Positions 45,482-54,625 are shown, numbered from the stretch's first letter. The stretch: DNA of 64,000 nucleotides from Candidatus Poseidoniaceae archaeon (GCA_049623485.1 JBMZTB010000002.1:8446-72445); one strand, 5' to 3'. Notes: generated from the sequence alone by a model not told the origin. Numbers and translations are program-made.

Positions 45482-47884
45482 GTGATAGAAACCCTCTATC
45501 TGGTCCAATCAAGGAACAATGCTCAAACCATTGATGTTACCAAGAGAGGTTTAGGGGATACAAACTTGAAGAAAAAGAGAGATGAAATTCTTCGCCGAGA
45601 AACACTTGAGTATCACGAAAAAGAACCGCGAGGAAAAATCAAGGTTGTACCAACAAAACCTCACGCGACAGCGCATGAACTCTCACTGGCTTATTCTCCA
45701 GGAGTAGCCTTCCCATGTCTCGAAATCGCTGAAAGGCCAGAAGACGCCTATCGTTATACATCAAAGGGGAATTTGGTTGCTGTTATCTCAAACGGAACTG
45801 CTGTCTTGGGTCTTGGAAACATCGGCGCATTGGCAAGTAAACCTGTTATGGAAGGCAAAGGCCTCCTTCTGAAAACATTCGCAGATATTGATGTGTTTGA
45901 CATCGAAGTCGATACGACCGATCCAGAAGAGTTTATCTCGACAGTTGTCAATATTTCCAAAACATTTGGAGGCATCAATCTAGAAGATATCAAAGCTCCA
46001 GAATGTTTCGAGATTGAACGAAGAATTGCAGAAGCAACAGACATCCCGGTTATGCATGATGATCAACATGGAACCGCTATCATTTCAGGCGCTGCATTAC
46101 TCAATGCAGCAGAACTTCAGGAAAAGGAATTGGACACAATCAACGTTGTCGTTCTCGGTGCAGGAGCCTCAGCCTTTGCTTGTGCGGAGCATTATGTTGC
46201 CTTAGGAGTAAAACGTTCGAACATTAAGATGGTTGATTCTCAAGGAATCATCACTACAAATCGTCTCAAGAAAGGGGAACTTAATGAGTACAAGGCTAAA
46301 TTTGCCACTGACTGCCCAGACGGTGCTCTTGCGGATGCAATGAATGGTGCTGATGTTCTACTTGGCCTATCTAAAGGTGGGCTTGTTTCAAAAGAAATGA
46401 TTGCTTCAATGTCAGCAAAGCCAATTATTTTCGCACTAGCAAACCCAACTCCCGAAATTCTCCCTGAAGAAATCCTTGAAGTTCGCACAGATGCAATCAT
46501 TGCGACTGGTCGCTCAGATTATGCAAACCAAGTAAACAATGTTCTTGGTTTCCCTTACATTTTCCGAGGTGCCCTTGATGTACGAGCAAGAGATATTACT
46601 CAGAATATGAAGATGGCAGCGACACGCTCTCTTGCTGCATTGGCAAAAGAACCAGTTCCAGATTACATCTCAACCGCATACGATGGTGCTACGATGGAAT
46701 ACGGTCCAGAATACATTATTCCAAAACCATTCGATCGTCGTGTCTTGATTTGGGAGGCTTCTGCAGTGGCACAGGCTGCTGTTGATGAAGGAATTACCTC
46801 TGTAACCAAAGAGGAATTTTCCTTACAATCTTACAAAGAATCACTCGAAGCGCGTTTGGGAATGACCTACTCGATCATGCGTAGTGTGATCAATCAGGTG
46901 CGCAGAAGAAACAAGCGAATCGTTTTCCCAGAAGGCGATAATGAGAAAGTTATACGCGCAGCCGCTCAACTGGCTGAGCAAAAAATATGCAAACCAATTC
47001 TACTAGGTCCAAAGAAAAGAATTGCTCGAATGATGGAAGAAATGCATTTCGATTTCGAATACGAAGCTTACGATCCACGAACAGACCAACGAAGAAAAGG
47101 AGTCTATGCTGAGAAATTATTCAAGCTAAGAGAGCGGAAAGGCGTAACGAGAGTCGATGCAGCGCGTCTTCTCAAGAGCCGTCCTTACTTTGCAAGCCAG
47201 ATGGTTGAATCTGGTGATGCTGATGGATTTGTTGGTGGCGTTAGTAGAAACTACAGCGATGTGTTGCGTCCGGTATTGGAAACGATTGGCCCTGCAGAAG
47301 ATGCCCATTGCTTGATTGGGTGTTATATGGTCACCATCAAGGGTCGACTGCTTTTCCTCGCAGACGCAACTGTGAACGTCTATCCTGATAGTCGTACGCT
47401 TGCAGAAATTGCTGTTCAAACAGCAAAGGTCGCAAGAAGATTTGGTGTAAGTCCAAAGGTTGCAATGCTCTCTTTCTCAAACTTTGGGAGTACTCGAGCC
47501 CAGCGCAGCGACCGAATCGAAGAGGCTGTTGAGATGGCGAGAATTCTTGACCCAACTCTCGTTATTGATGGCCCAATGCAAGCAGATACAGCTCTTGATC
47601 CGACCGTCCAAGAAGAATACCCGTTCATGGAATTTACAGGACCTGCGAATATTCTGGTTCTTCCAAATCTCGCTTCAGCCAATATTGTCTACAAGATGCT
47701 TGAACAACTCGCTGATGCTGAAATGACAGGGCCAATTCTTGAAGGAATGAAAAATCCAGTACAACTTGTCGCTCGCCAAGATGGAGTTCGCCACATCGTT
47801 AACATGGCTGCAATTTGCGTTGCTGATGCTATGCGTAAGGATTCTTACTGGGAAACATTGGCAAACGAATCTTCTGAATCTTGA
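45482..47884 (+). CDS. maeB: NADP-dependent malic enzyme, MaeB type with C-terminal phosphotransacetylase-like domain
   Basis: LSLAYSPGVAFPC, GTAVLGLGNIGALASKPVMEGKG, GINLEDIKAPECFEIE, PVMHDDQHGTAII and VVLGAGASA. The C-terminal roughly 330 aa are PTA-like (IVFPEGDNEKVIRAA ... NILVLPNLASANIVYK). The start is uncertain: GTG 45482 or TTG 45566. Confidence 0.88.
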   Translation: MIETLYLVQSRNNAQTIDVTKRGLGDTNLKKKRDEILRRETLEYHEKEPRGKIKVVPTKPHATAHELSLAYSPGVAFPCLEIAERPEDAYRYTSKGNLVAVISNGTAVLGLGNIGALASKPVMEGKGLLLKTFADIDVFDIEVDTTDPEEFISTVVNISKTFGGINLEDIKAPECFEIERRIAEATDIPVMHDDQHGTAIISGAALLNAAELQEKELDTINVVVLGAGASAFACAEHYVALGVKRSNIKMVDSQGIITTNRLKKGELNEYKAKFATDCPDGALADAMNGADVLLGLSKGGLVSKEMIASMSAKPIIFALANPTPEILPEEILEVRTDAIIATGRSDYANQVNNVLGFPYIFRGALDVRARDITQNMKMAATRSLAALAKEPVPDYISTAYDGATMEYGPEYIIPKPFDRRVLIWEASAVAQAAVDEGITSVTKEEFSLQSYKESLEARLGMTYSIMRSVINQVRRRNKRIVFPEGDNEKVIRAAAQLAEQKICKPILLGPKKRIARMMEEMHFDFEYEAYDPRTDQRRKGVYAEKLFKLRERKGVTRVDAARLLKSRPYFASQMVESGDADGFVGGVSRNYSDVLRPVLETIGPAEDAHCLIGCYMVTIKGRLLFLADATVNVYPDSRTLAEIAVQTAKVARRFGVSPKVAMLSFSNFGSTRAQRSDRIEEAVEMARILDPTLVIDGPMQADTALDPTVQEEYPFMEFTGPANILVLPNLASANIVYKMLEQLADAEMTGPILEGMKNPVQLVARQDGVRHIVNMAAICVADAMRKDSYWETLANESSES

Positions 47885-48711
47885 ATCACGCCTTCTTCAT
47901 AGGAAATTGTAGGCCTTCTCGGTCTCCATATAGCTCCCGTTACAAACCCAGCAACAAGTCCTCCAAACAGAAGATTTGGCCATCCATCGATTGCATATGT
48001 ATCGAAACCTCGTAAGATAGGAATCAGAAATGATGGGACGATACCAAGTAATGTTGTCCACAAGAGTTCAGTTCGGAAATTGCCCCATGAATCTGCGGAT
48101 TTAGGGACTCTTCTCGCCGGTGAATCTCGAATTGGCGAAATCACAAATCGCACTACTGTATTGGTAAGTGAACGATCAACAGGGATATTTGAGGTTGCAA
48201 AAACGCCCTTTCGTTTTGGATGCATTTCTACAGCTAACCGATGATATTGTAACGGACCAGTCGTTTCGATTGGGCGGATTCGTCCGTCCATCATTGCACC
48301 TCGATGATTTGCAGCAGCAGCGTCCCCTAGAATTTCGACAATACCTGGAGAGAGATGTATCTTATTCTGCGCATGATGCCACTCCGGATAAGAAGGGGAC
48401 CGAACCTCCCACTCTCCTTTCAATAATTCGAAATCGAGTTGTTCTTCAATCTGTTTCCTTATGGCTTCGATCTCGCTTCCAATGAGCCCAACCATCGGCT
48501 CAGTTGAATCTTCAATTTCATCATTTTCACCTAATAAACCAGCCACTTGTCTCCTTGTTATAGGCTCTTCAAGAATGTAATAGTCGGGTAATTGGACCTC
48601 GTATCGAGGCCTTTGGCTTGCATAAATCCAGCCTCCTTTGTCACTTCCTAAGAAGGAACTGCCTTGCGAAATGAGTTTGAATTCAAGTTCATTCACTGAA
48701 ATAGAATCCAA
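47845..48711 (-). CDS. FGE/SUMF1-like domain protein with C-terminal TM helices
   Basis: EFKLISQGSSFLGSD...RPRYEVQLPDYYILEEPITRRQV, WEVRSPSYPEWHHA, NHRGAMM and VVRFVISP loosely follow the FGE-sulfatase fold pattern. Two hydrophobic helices lie near the C-terminus. The 3' end overlaps the maeB 3' end by 40 nt (convergent). Confidence 0.4.
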   Translation of the reverse strand: MDSISVNELEFKLISQGSSFLGSDKGGWIYASQRPRYEVQLPDYYILEEPITRRQVAGLLGENDEIEDSTEPMVGLIGSEIEAIRKQIEEQLDFELLKGEWEVRSPSYPEWHHAQNKIHLSPGIVEILGDAAAANHRGAMMDGRIRPIETTGPLQYHRLAVEMHPKRKGVFATSNIPVDRSLTNTVVRFVISPIRDSPARRVPKSADSWGNFRTELLWTTLLGIVPSFLIPILRGFDTYAIDGWPNLLFGGLVAGFVTGAIWRPRRPTISYEEGVIQDSEDSFANVSQ

Positions 48712-48720
48712 ATCATCACC

Positions 48721-49410
48721 TCAGTTGAGATGTTGTTCCATCTTACGATACCAGACCATTCCGTTTTCATGCTCTTCCAAAAGTCTGAATTGTTTGAAGG
48801 GTGAAACTGAGCGCATGTAGCCGAATGCGGCAAAATCTACTAGGTCAGGATGTTCTCCTCCAAAGAAATCCTTCCCTTCAAAAGAATCAGTATATTCTGT
48901 TAGGAGATCATGCCACAATTTCTTTGGCGTTCTCCCATCTTTCTTCACTCGCTTTCGTGCGATGATGCCCCACATTATGGGGAATCCCGCCCATGCATAG
49001 AGGCGACGGGATATGAATCCAAATTTCTCAAGTTTTGAAACACGACGGGTTGTACTAAGTGCAGATCCTAGGGAACCATAGAGAATAGGAATAGTTGCAC
49101 TTTTCCATGCATCATCGACATGCTTTAGCATACTGTCGAATCGTTCTGTTCCCTTTGCATTGGAAAGTTTACCGTGGTTGTATTTGTCATCAATGTATGA
49201 CATAATTGGAGTTGAGTCAACCACGACTGTCCCTTCAGTGTCAGTAAATACCGGGACTTTGTTCCACCCGTCTGTGAAAGCGAGTTCCTTTTTTGTCTTC
49301 ATGGCGTTGACTTGAATCTCTTGAACATCCATTCCAAGGTGCTCAATAATACCTCGGACTTTCCAAGAAAATGGGCACGTTTGCAAAAGGTGGAGCGTGG
49401 CCTTGTTCAT
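48721..49410 (-). CDS. Glutathione S-transferase / prostaglandin-E-synthase-2-like thiol transferase
   Basis: Glutaredoxin-like N-domain ATLHLLQTCPFSWKVRGIIEHLGMDVQEIQVN...KVPVFTDTEGTVVVDSTPIMSYI (compare PGES2 CPFCSKVR), with a helical C-domain. ATG 49410 is preferred; the longer ORF-track N-terminus overlaps the upstream gene in another frame. Confidence 0.6.
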   Translation of the reverse strand: MNKATLHLLQTCPFSWKVRGIIEHLGMDVQEIQVNAMKTKKELAFTDGWNKVPVFTDTEGTVVVDSTPIMSYIDDKYNHGKLSNAKGTERFDSMLKHVDDAWKSATIPILYGSLGSALSTTRRVSKLEKFGFISRRLYAWAGFPIMWGIIARKRVKKDGRTPKKLWHDLLTEYTDSFEGKDFFGGEHPDLVDFAAFGYMRSVSPFKQFRLLEEHENGMVWYRKMEQHLN

Positions 49411-49435
49411 ACCCAGACGACAGAGGACTCCTTCT

Positions 49436-49774
49436 TCAATCCTCGTTATTCTCTTGCTCAGGCCGCCATCCCGGCTTCCAGAAATCATCATTGTCAAGCC
49501 ATGAAATCCATTCATCATCTGAGCTAGATAAGAGTCGGAAAGCCCGACTTTCAAGCCCTTCTCGATTGTATTGAGGAAGAATTCCCTCTGAAAATGCCTG
49601 ATGCCAATCAACCTGCATCTGCCGAATCTGTCGACGAGCTGCTTCAGGATTGTCAAAATTCATTTCACAAATATCCCGTAATTCCGATAACCAAGTTCTG
49701 GTATCTTTCCTTAATGGATCATTGATGATTTGTCTTTTCGGGTTCGATTTCTTTCCAAAAGGCCACCATCCCAT
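49436..49774 (-). CDS. Small Trp-rich acidic protein, unknown function
   Basis: 112 aa from MGWWPFGKKSNPKR to DDEWISWLDNDDFWKPGWRPEQENNED. It is first in an apparent three-gene minus-strand operon and lies 72 nt from the divergent rlmH. Confidence 0.45.
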   Translation of the reverse strand: MGWWPFGKKSNPKRQIINDPLRKDTRTWLSELRDICEMNFDNPEAARRQIRQMQVDWHQAFSEGILPQYNREGLESRAFRLLSSSDDEWISWLDNDDFWKPGWRPEQENNED

Positions 49775-49846
49775 GATGATTCCAAATCGACGTTTGTTTT
49801 CATCTTTCGTACGAATATGAAAAAAGAACCATCTTCTCGCAGAGTT

Positions 49847-50269
49847 ATGGGCCGAATCAATATCCATCTGCACGGGAAATTAAAGGACAAGGCCATAGCA
49901 AGTATTGCTGAAATGTATCAGCAACGGCTGCTAAGCGCAGGTGTCAAGACGCATGTCCACACAGATTCTCTCGATGCCTACCTTGCCAAATTAAAGGGCA
50001 AAAAAGGTCGGCTTATCCTTCTTGACGAGAGGGGAGATTCATTCGAGTCAATTCAATTCGCTGCAAAAATAAATGAATGGAAAATAGGGGGTGAAGACGT
50101 ACACTTTGCCATTGGTCCTGCCGAGGGCTGGGCTGGTAAAGAGCCGACGTTGAAACGGATTTCCCTCTCTTCGTTCACATTCACTCATGAAATGGCCACC
50201 ATCATTTTGTTTGAACAACTGTACCGTGCTCATGAAATTCTCAAAGGGACATCGTATCATAAGGACTGA
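49847..50269 (+). CDS. rlmH: SPOUT methyltransferase RlmH (23S rRNA m3-pseudouridine methyltransferase family)
   Basis: 140 aa, alignable by eye along the full length of E. coli RlmH: LILLDERGDSFESIQFA, VHFAIGPAEGW, SLSSFTFTHEMATIILFEQLYRAHEILKGTSYHK. ATG 49847 is preferred. Confidence 0.8.
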   Translation: MGRINIHLHGKLKDKAIASIAEMYQQRLLSAGVKTHVHTDSLDAYLAKLKGKKGRLILLDERGDSFESIQFAAKINEWKIGGEDVHFAIGPAEGWAGKEPTLKRISLSSFTFTHEMATIILFEQLYRAHEILKGTSYHKD

Positions 50270-50305
50270 GCGAATCATAAAGAATACCCGTATCGACGGC
50301 AAACC

Positions 50306-51073
50306 ATGTCGCTCCCATTAACGGATGAATCCAGCCTTCGTTGGGTTCTCATCTGTTTTGAATTCCTTATTGGATTTGCACTCCTTTTCAATAGCAAAAA
50401 CCAACCGTTTCCACAACCCAGTTCACGCTTTGGCTGGCTTTTGATAATGCTTGCTTTGTTGATCTTAATCGGTCAAGCTGCTCCAAACCCAATGGGATCA
50501 AATGCTCATTTTGTGATGTTATCTGCCCTGGGAGGTTTTGGTCTCGTAGCGGGAGTGTACCATCTTGCTCGGACTCAACGCGATGTTTTGGTAGCCCCAT
50601 ACTCAGGATTGCTATTTTGCGTTGGCGTTGTTGGATTGATGGTTGAAACATGGAGTGATCTTTCGACAATTGAACAATGGGCGGCATTCATCACCCTTGT
50701 CGTCATTGGTGGTGGCGAAACATGGCTCATTTTCAGAGGCTTACTCATCGGTAAACTCCCTCTAGCGTGGTCACAAGCAGGGATGATCGCTCTCATGCAA
50801 GGCCGATTAACAGGGCCTCAAGGTGCAATTTCTTGCTTTGAACGAGGCTGGGATGCCGATGAAGAACATCTTAATCCAATGGCTTACCTTGCACTCCACC
50901 GAATTCACCTTTTCCTTGGTAACCAATCGGAAGCAACAGAATGGGAAGAATTACTTCTTCGCGAGGGCGGTGAACGGTCAGTCGCTCGTCCGTATATCGA
51001 AGCGATTCATGATGCGCTCGTTGCTCTCGATTCAGATGCCGCAAGCATCCTCCCTCTCATCGAGGAAGAATAG
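50306..51073 (+). CDS. Membrane protein (about 5 TM) with helical C-terminal domain, unknown function
   Basis: Five hydrophobic segments in the first 170 aa, then a soluble helical tail (ERGWDADEEHLNPMAYLALHRIHLFLGNQSEATEWEELLL) that looks TPR-like. Confidence 0.5.
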   Translation: MSLPLTDESSLRWVLICFEFLIGFALLFNSKNQPFPQPSSRFGWLLIMLALLILIGQAAPNPMGSNAHFVMLSALGGFGLVAGVYHLARTQRDVLVAPYSGLLFCVGVVGLMVETWSDLSTIEQWAAFITLVVIGGGETWLIFRGLLIGKLPLAWSQAGMIALMQGRLTGPQGAISCFERGWDADEEHLNPMAYLALHRIHLFLGNQSEATEWEELLLREGGERSVARPYIEAIHDALVALDSDAASILPLIEEE

Positions 51074-51131
51074 GGCGGTAAAACCAGATATACTACTGGA
51101 ATCTGGTAAATTTTAAGCATTAAACAGATAC

Positions 51132-51140
51132 TTTTAATAT
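51132..51140 (+). promoter_or_regulatory. TATA-box-like element, probable leaderless promoter
   Basis: cTTTTAATATccc is centred about 26 nt upstream of ATG 51162. This spacing is typical of archaeal leaderless transcripts. Confidence 0.35.
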
Positions 51141-51161
51141 CCCAGAGGTCAATAATATAAC

Positions 51162-51419
51162 ATGGGTAAAATAATTTCAAGTTCTCTATTGTTTTGGATG
51201 GTCTCCATATGGATTGCCTCGAACTTGTTTTCTCAAGCCGTCTATATGGGATTCAACGGCACTCCTTACAGCGGTATCGAAATGATTCAATCTCTCGGCC
51301 CATGGTACTACGTTGTTGTTGTTCTAGAGGTTCTTGCCTGGATTTATTTGGGAATACACCTATCGCTGAAGGTAATTCGCAACATGAAAGTCAAGGCCAC
51401 GGCTCAGATGGCGTCATGA
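51162..51419 (+). CDS. Small membrane protein (2 TM)
   Basis: Helices LLFWMVSIWIASNLF and WYYVVVVLEVLAWIYLGIHL. It was preferred over the overlapping alternative-frame ORF 51194..51451, whose product looks non-protein-like. Confidence 0.5.
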   Translation: MGKIISSSLLFWMVSIWIASNLFSQAVYMGFNGTPYSGIEMIQSLGPWYYVVVVLEVLAWIYLGIHLSLKVIRNMKVKATAQMAS

Positions 51420-51482
51420 AACAACCTTCTTACATCCCAAACCTCCGATGAGATTAAGTGGTGCCAATAAAAACATGACCTC

Positions 51483-51965
51483 ATGTTCAATCTTGACCGT
51501 GAACCTCTCTTTTCTGGTCAACCCATGTCGTTCGAAGATCTTCTTGAAGAGGAATTACAACTCGATGGGCTAGAAAATATGCACATTCTAACTGTTGAAG
51601 AAGTCCGAGAAGGGCTTTCAAAAGTAGAAAGAGAACTCGCAACGTTACAATCACTTGTTGACGAAGCTCACGATATGACCGAGGAAATAGAAATTCTTCT
51701 AGAAACATATGCTCCAGAGCATCCACATGTTGTAGAAATGGCGGAGTTATTGGGTGGCTTGGTTGCATTGTGGCAACAAACCGTTGCGAAGATTGAAGGC
51801 CTAGGCGCTCGAGTTGCAGGTCTGGATCCTGGCAGAATCGAGTGGTACGGAGTTATTGACAACAAGGTAATGCTGTATTCATGGGCGATGGGTGAACCAG
51901 ATATCGAATGGTATTATGGAATCGATGAGGGCTATTCTTCCCGAAAACCACTCATAGAAGCATAG
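51483..51965 (+). CDS. DUF2203-like protein
   Basis: N-terminal coiled coil, then the C-terminal pattern GLDPGRIEWYGVIDNKVMLYSWAMGEPDIEWYYGIDEGYSSRKPL. This resembles the DUF2203 signature (GLVDFP...LCW..GE..I..WH....GF.GR.P). Recognised from memory only. Confidence 0.5.
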   Translation: MFNLDREPLFSGQPMSFEDLLEEELQLDGLENMHILTVEEVREGLSKVERELATLQSLVDEAHDMTEEIEILLETYAPEHPHVVEMAELLGGLVALWQQTVAKIEGLGARVAGLDPGRIEWYGVIDNKVMLYSWAMGEPDIEWYYGIDEGYSSRKPLIEA

Positions 51966-51990
51966 TTTCGCATGGTTTAGGGGCGTAACA

Positions 51991-52689
51991 ATGGTTCGAA
52001 TTGATCGTGTTCATACAGGAGGAGGAGATTCTGGGGAATCGTCGCTGGTTGATGGCTCACGTCGTTCTAAATCTGACGCACGGTTTTCAGTTGTTGGAGA
52101 TTGCGACGAATTGAATTCTCTCCTCGGTGTTGCAAGAATGGAATGCGCTCGAGTTCCTATGAGACATCGAGATGGTGGAGATCGTAAAGGTGCGGGGCGC
52201 GTCCATTTCATTTGTGATTCAGCGCTTTCAAGAGTCCAGCATGAACTCTTCGATCTTGGAGCTGAACTTGCTTGTCCTCCACAAAACCTTCCAGAGTATA
52301 TGGTTCTCATCAATGAAGATCAATCAGAAGTCTTGGTATCGGATATGGATGCGTGGCTAAGTCAAACAGAACCGCTCACATCATTCATCTTACCTGCAGG
52401 GGGGCCTCCACAGGCCATGCTTCATCATGCTCGAACCGTTGCTCGGCGACTTGAACGAAACATTGTCGCACTCAGAGATATTGAGGGGGAAGGGTCAGTG
52501 CGGCCACTTGCATTAACCTATGTAAACAGGCTTTCAGATTGGCTCTTTGTATTAAGTCGATGGATTACTGCAGTCCTTGGGGAAGAAGAAATGTTGTGGC
52601 TTCCACTTGGAAAGCGCGGAAAAGAAGATGGAATCGCAGATTCAATTCTCAGGCAGAAAGAGAATGATTCAGAGTTCGATGAAATCTGA
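51991..52689 (+). CDS. ATP:cob(I)alamin adenosyltransferase, PduO/MMAB type
   Basis: RIDRVHTGGGDSGESSLVDGSRRSKSDARFSVVGDCDELNSLLG, VQHELFDLGAELA, FILPAGG, LHHARTVARRLER and YVNRLSDWLFVLSR. Confidence 0.85.
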   Translation: MVRIDRVHTGGGDSGESSLVDGSRRSKSDARFSVVGDCDELNSLLGVARMECARVPMRHRDGGDRKGAGRVHFICDSALSRVQHELFDLGAELACPPQNLPEYMVLINEDQSEVLVSDMDAWLSQTEPLTSFILPAGGPPQAMLHHARTVARRLERNIVALRDIEGEGSVRPLALTYVNRLSDWLFVLSRWITAVLGEEEMLWLPLGKRGKEDGIADSILRQKENDSEFDEI

Positions 52690-53091
52690 TTATTGCTTTT
52701 TCATATGTTCCCAAGCTTTGAGAACGACAGATGTTGTTTCATCATGCGTTAGTTGAGCAAGAGCTTGTTCCCAATCAAGCCACAAATGGCCGCGATGCTC
52801 GTGTGAAATCTTTACTTCGAGTTGATCAGTTTGAGCCAAAAACCAAAACACTTCTTTGTGCATTTGTTTTCCTTTGTGCCTGTACGTATAGGAGGTGCGT
52901 TCTACGAAATCCTCAACAAATTCTATTTCTGTAATGCCAGTTTCTTCACCTAATTCTCTTCGAACAGTTGCAAGATGGTCCTCATCGGTCAATTCCACAT
53001 GACCTTTTGGTAAATCCCAATGACCTTGCGGATATTGTAGAAGTAGGACTGTGTCAAAGTTGACAAGGACTACGCCGCATGAAGTCTCCAT
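52690..53091 (-). CDS. Nudix hydrolase (Ap4A-hydrolase-like size)
   Basis: Nudix box LPKGHVELTDEDHLATVRRELGEETGI; 133 aa. Confidence 0.85.
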   Translation of the reverse strand: METSCGVVLVNFDTVLLLQYPQGHWDLPKGHVELTDEDHLATVRRELGEETGITEIEFVEDFVERTSYTYRHKGKQMHKEVFWFLAQTDQLEVKISHEHRGHLWLDWEQALAQLTHDETTSVVLKAWEHMKKQ

Positions 53092-53174
53092 GCTTCCTCC
53101 CTCGAATCCAATGCTTTGGCCTTTTCGCCGTTATACTCCAATACGTTCAAGACCCGAGCACAAAAGGAATTAGC

Positions 53175-54155
53175 ATGACTGGTGTCAATGCGTTCCCTGA
53201 TATCCATCGAATTGTCGCTGATTCGGATTTGGATGGAATGTGCGCAGCAGCAGTTCTTCTCAAAGCCTATCCAGAAGCCGAAGTGGTGTTTGGGCATGCG
53301 GCAATTCTTCGAGCCGGGATGTTGGACGATGTCATCGATTCAAAAACGGTGACAGTTGATTTACCATTCCATCCAGCAAGCGGGTGGTATCTCGATCACC
53401 ATCTCACCAACAAGCCAAATAAAATCGAAGAACAAGAATTCACACAACGTGGAGGAATTGTTCATTGGGAGCATACACCCTCAGCCGCACGTTTGGCGTA
53501 TGAATTATTCAAACATCAATTCGATCTAAAACATCTCGAAGAAATCATGCCAATGGTTGACGCCTTGGATTCTGGGGGCATAACACGAGAAGATTTTCTT
53601 CAAGATGGGCCCGTTTTACAACTTTCTCGCACCTTGTCTTCGACGGATGATGCCTACATGCAACATCTTCTACGCCTTTTTTCAACATCCTCTGGGCTCT
53701 CAGATATTACGAATGATAAACTGGTCTCAGAACGAATGAAATCCGCACAAGAACAGCGTATTGAGGCGGTAAAACTTGTTCAGGAACAGACGGAAATTGT
53801 CGATAGATTGGCAATATGCAGACTTGATGACTCTGGAATCCGTTCCAATGGATACCTCATTACTGCCTTTGCCGGCGACAAAGCAGACGCTTGTTGTGTC
53901 GTTCACGGATACAGTGACGGAGATTTGTCGACGCCAAATCGTCCTCCGCTTTCAGCGAGTTTTTATGCGAATTCGTTTATTGAGGGAGGACAAGATTGTT
54001 ACGATTTATCAAAACTTGCAACCGCATTTGATCCACATGGTGGAGGGCATGCTAATGCTTGTGGTTGTCGAATTCAACCACCTGGGCTCGAATCCAATCT
54101 TCGTGATTGGATTCAAATGTGGAAGAATCGTGAAACCACACTGCGGATAAATTAA
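53175..54155 (+). CDS. DHH/DHHA1-family phosphoesterase (NrnA/RecJ-like core)
   Basis: Motif I IVADSDLDG, motif III WYLDHHLTN (DHH), and the DHHA1-type GGGHANACGCRI near the C-terminus. ATG 53175 is preferred; the ORF-track start 53079 overlaps the divergent Nudix gene. Confidence 0.65.
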   Translation: MTGVNAFPDIHRIVADSDLDGMCAAAVLLKAYPEAEVVFGHAAILRAGMLDDVIDSKTVTVDLPFHPASGWYLDHHLTNKPNKIEEQEFTQRGGIVHWEHTPSAARLAYELFKHQFDLKHLEEIMPMVDALDSGGITREDFLQDGPVLQLSRTLSSTDDAYMQHLLRLFSTSSGLSDITNDKLVSERMKSAQEQRIEAVKLVQEQTEIVDRLAICRLDDSGIRSNGYLITAFAGDKADACCVVHGYSDGDLSTPNRPPLSASFYANSFIEGGQDCYDLSKLATAFDPHGGGHANACGCRIQPPGLESNLRDWIQMWKNRETTLRIN

Positions 54156-54157
54156 AT

Positions 54158-54625
54158 TCAAATTACTTGGAATGTGTAAATGAATCCAAGGAAGGAATGA
54201 AACATAATCAAGACCATCACTAAATCTGCCGCTCTACCATGCTTCATACGTTGTGCAGAAAATTTTTCACCGTTCTCCTTGCTTGAAACAGTCTCTCTTC
54301 CGTAGCGCACTACAAGCCACAAAAGAATCAATCCAATCGGGCCAGTATAGCCATGAACACTTTGTGGAAGTAAATCCGAGGTCGCATCACCCTGCTCAAT
54401 GTATCCCGAAATAGCCCGAGCAATGAATGCTATGAGGGCCAATGAAATTCCAGCCCATAGAATGAATTCCCCATGTTTCTGATGACGCTTTAGAGACTCT
54501 TTCCGTTCTTCTCCTCGCAGAGCCATCCCTCGCTTTCTCCATCCGTATTGCCGAACGAGCCAGATAACGAGAATAACAGCAAGAAGGGGATGAATCAGCA
54601 TAATGATGGTTCTTACGACAGACAT
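54158..54625 (-). CDS. Four-TM membrane protein with conserved histidines (DUF4079-like?)
   Basis: Four hydrophobic helices, each flanked by His (IHPLL, KHGEF, VHGYTG, FHSF). This suggests a possible b-type haem scaffold. The family call is tentative. Confidence 0.4.
   Translation of the reverse strand: MSVVRTIIMLIHPLLAVILVIWLVRQYGWRKRGMALRGEERKESLKRHQKHGEFILWAGISLALIAFIARAISGYIEQGDATSDLLPQSVHGYTGPIGLILLWLVVRYGRETVSSKENGEKFSAQRMKHGRAADLVMVLIMFHSFLGFIYTFQVI

Noticed and set aside
49411-49656. 82-codon N-terminal extension of the GST-like ORF
   Set aside because: It overlaps the better-supported small Trp-rich protein gene in another frame. GST/glutaredoxin-fold similarity starts right after ATG 49410.
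51194-51451. 85-aa ORF in an alternative frame overlapping 51162..51419
   Set aside because: The alternative product (Cys/Arg/Ser-rich, no hydrophobic helices) looks non-protein-like. The 51162 frame gives a clean two-TM protein with a TATA-like box at leaderless distance.
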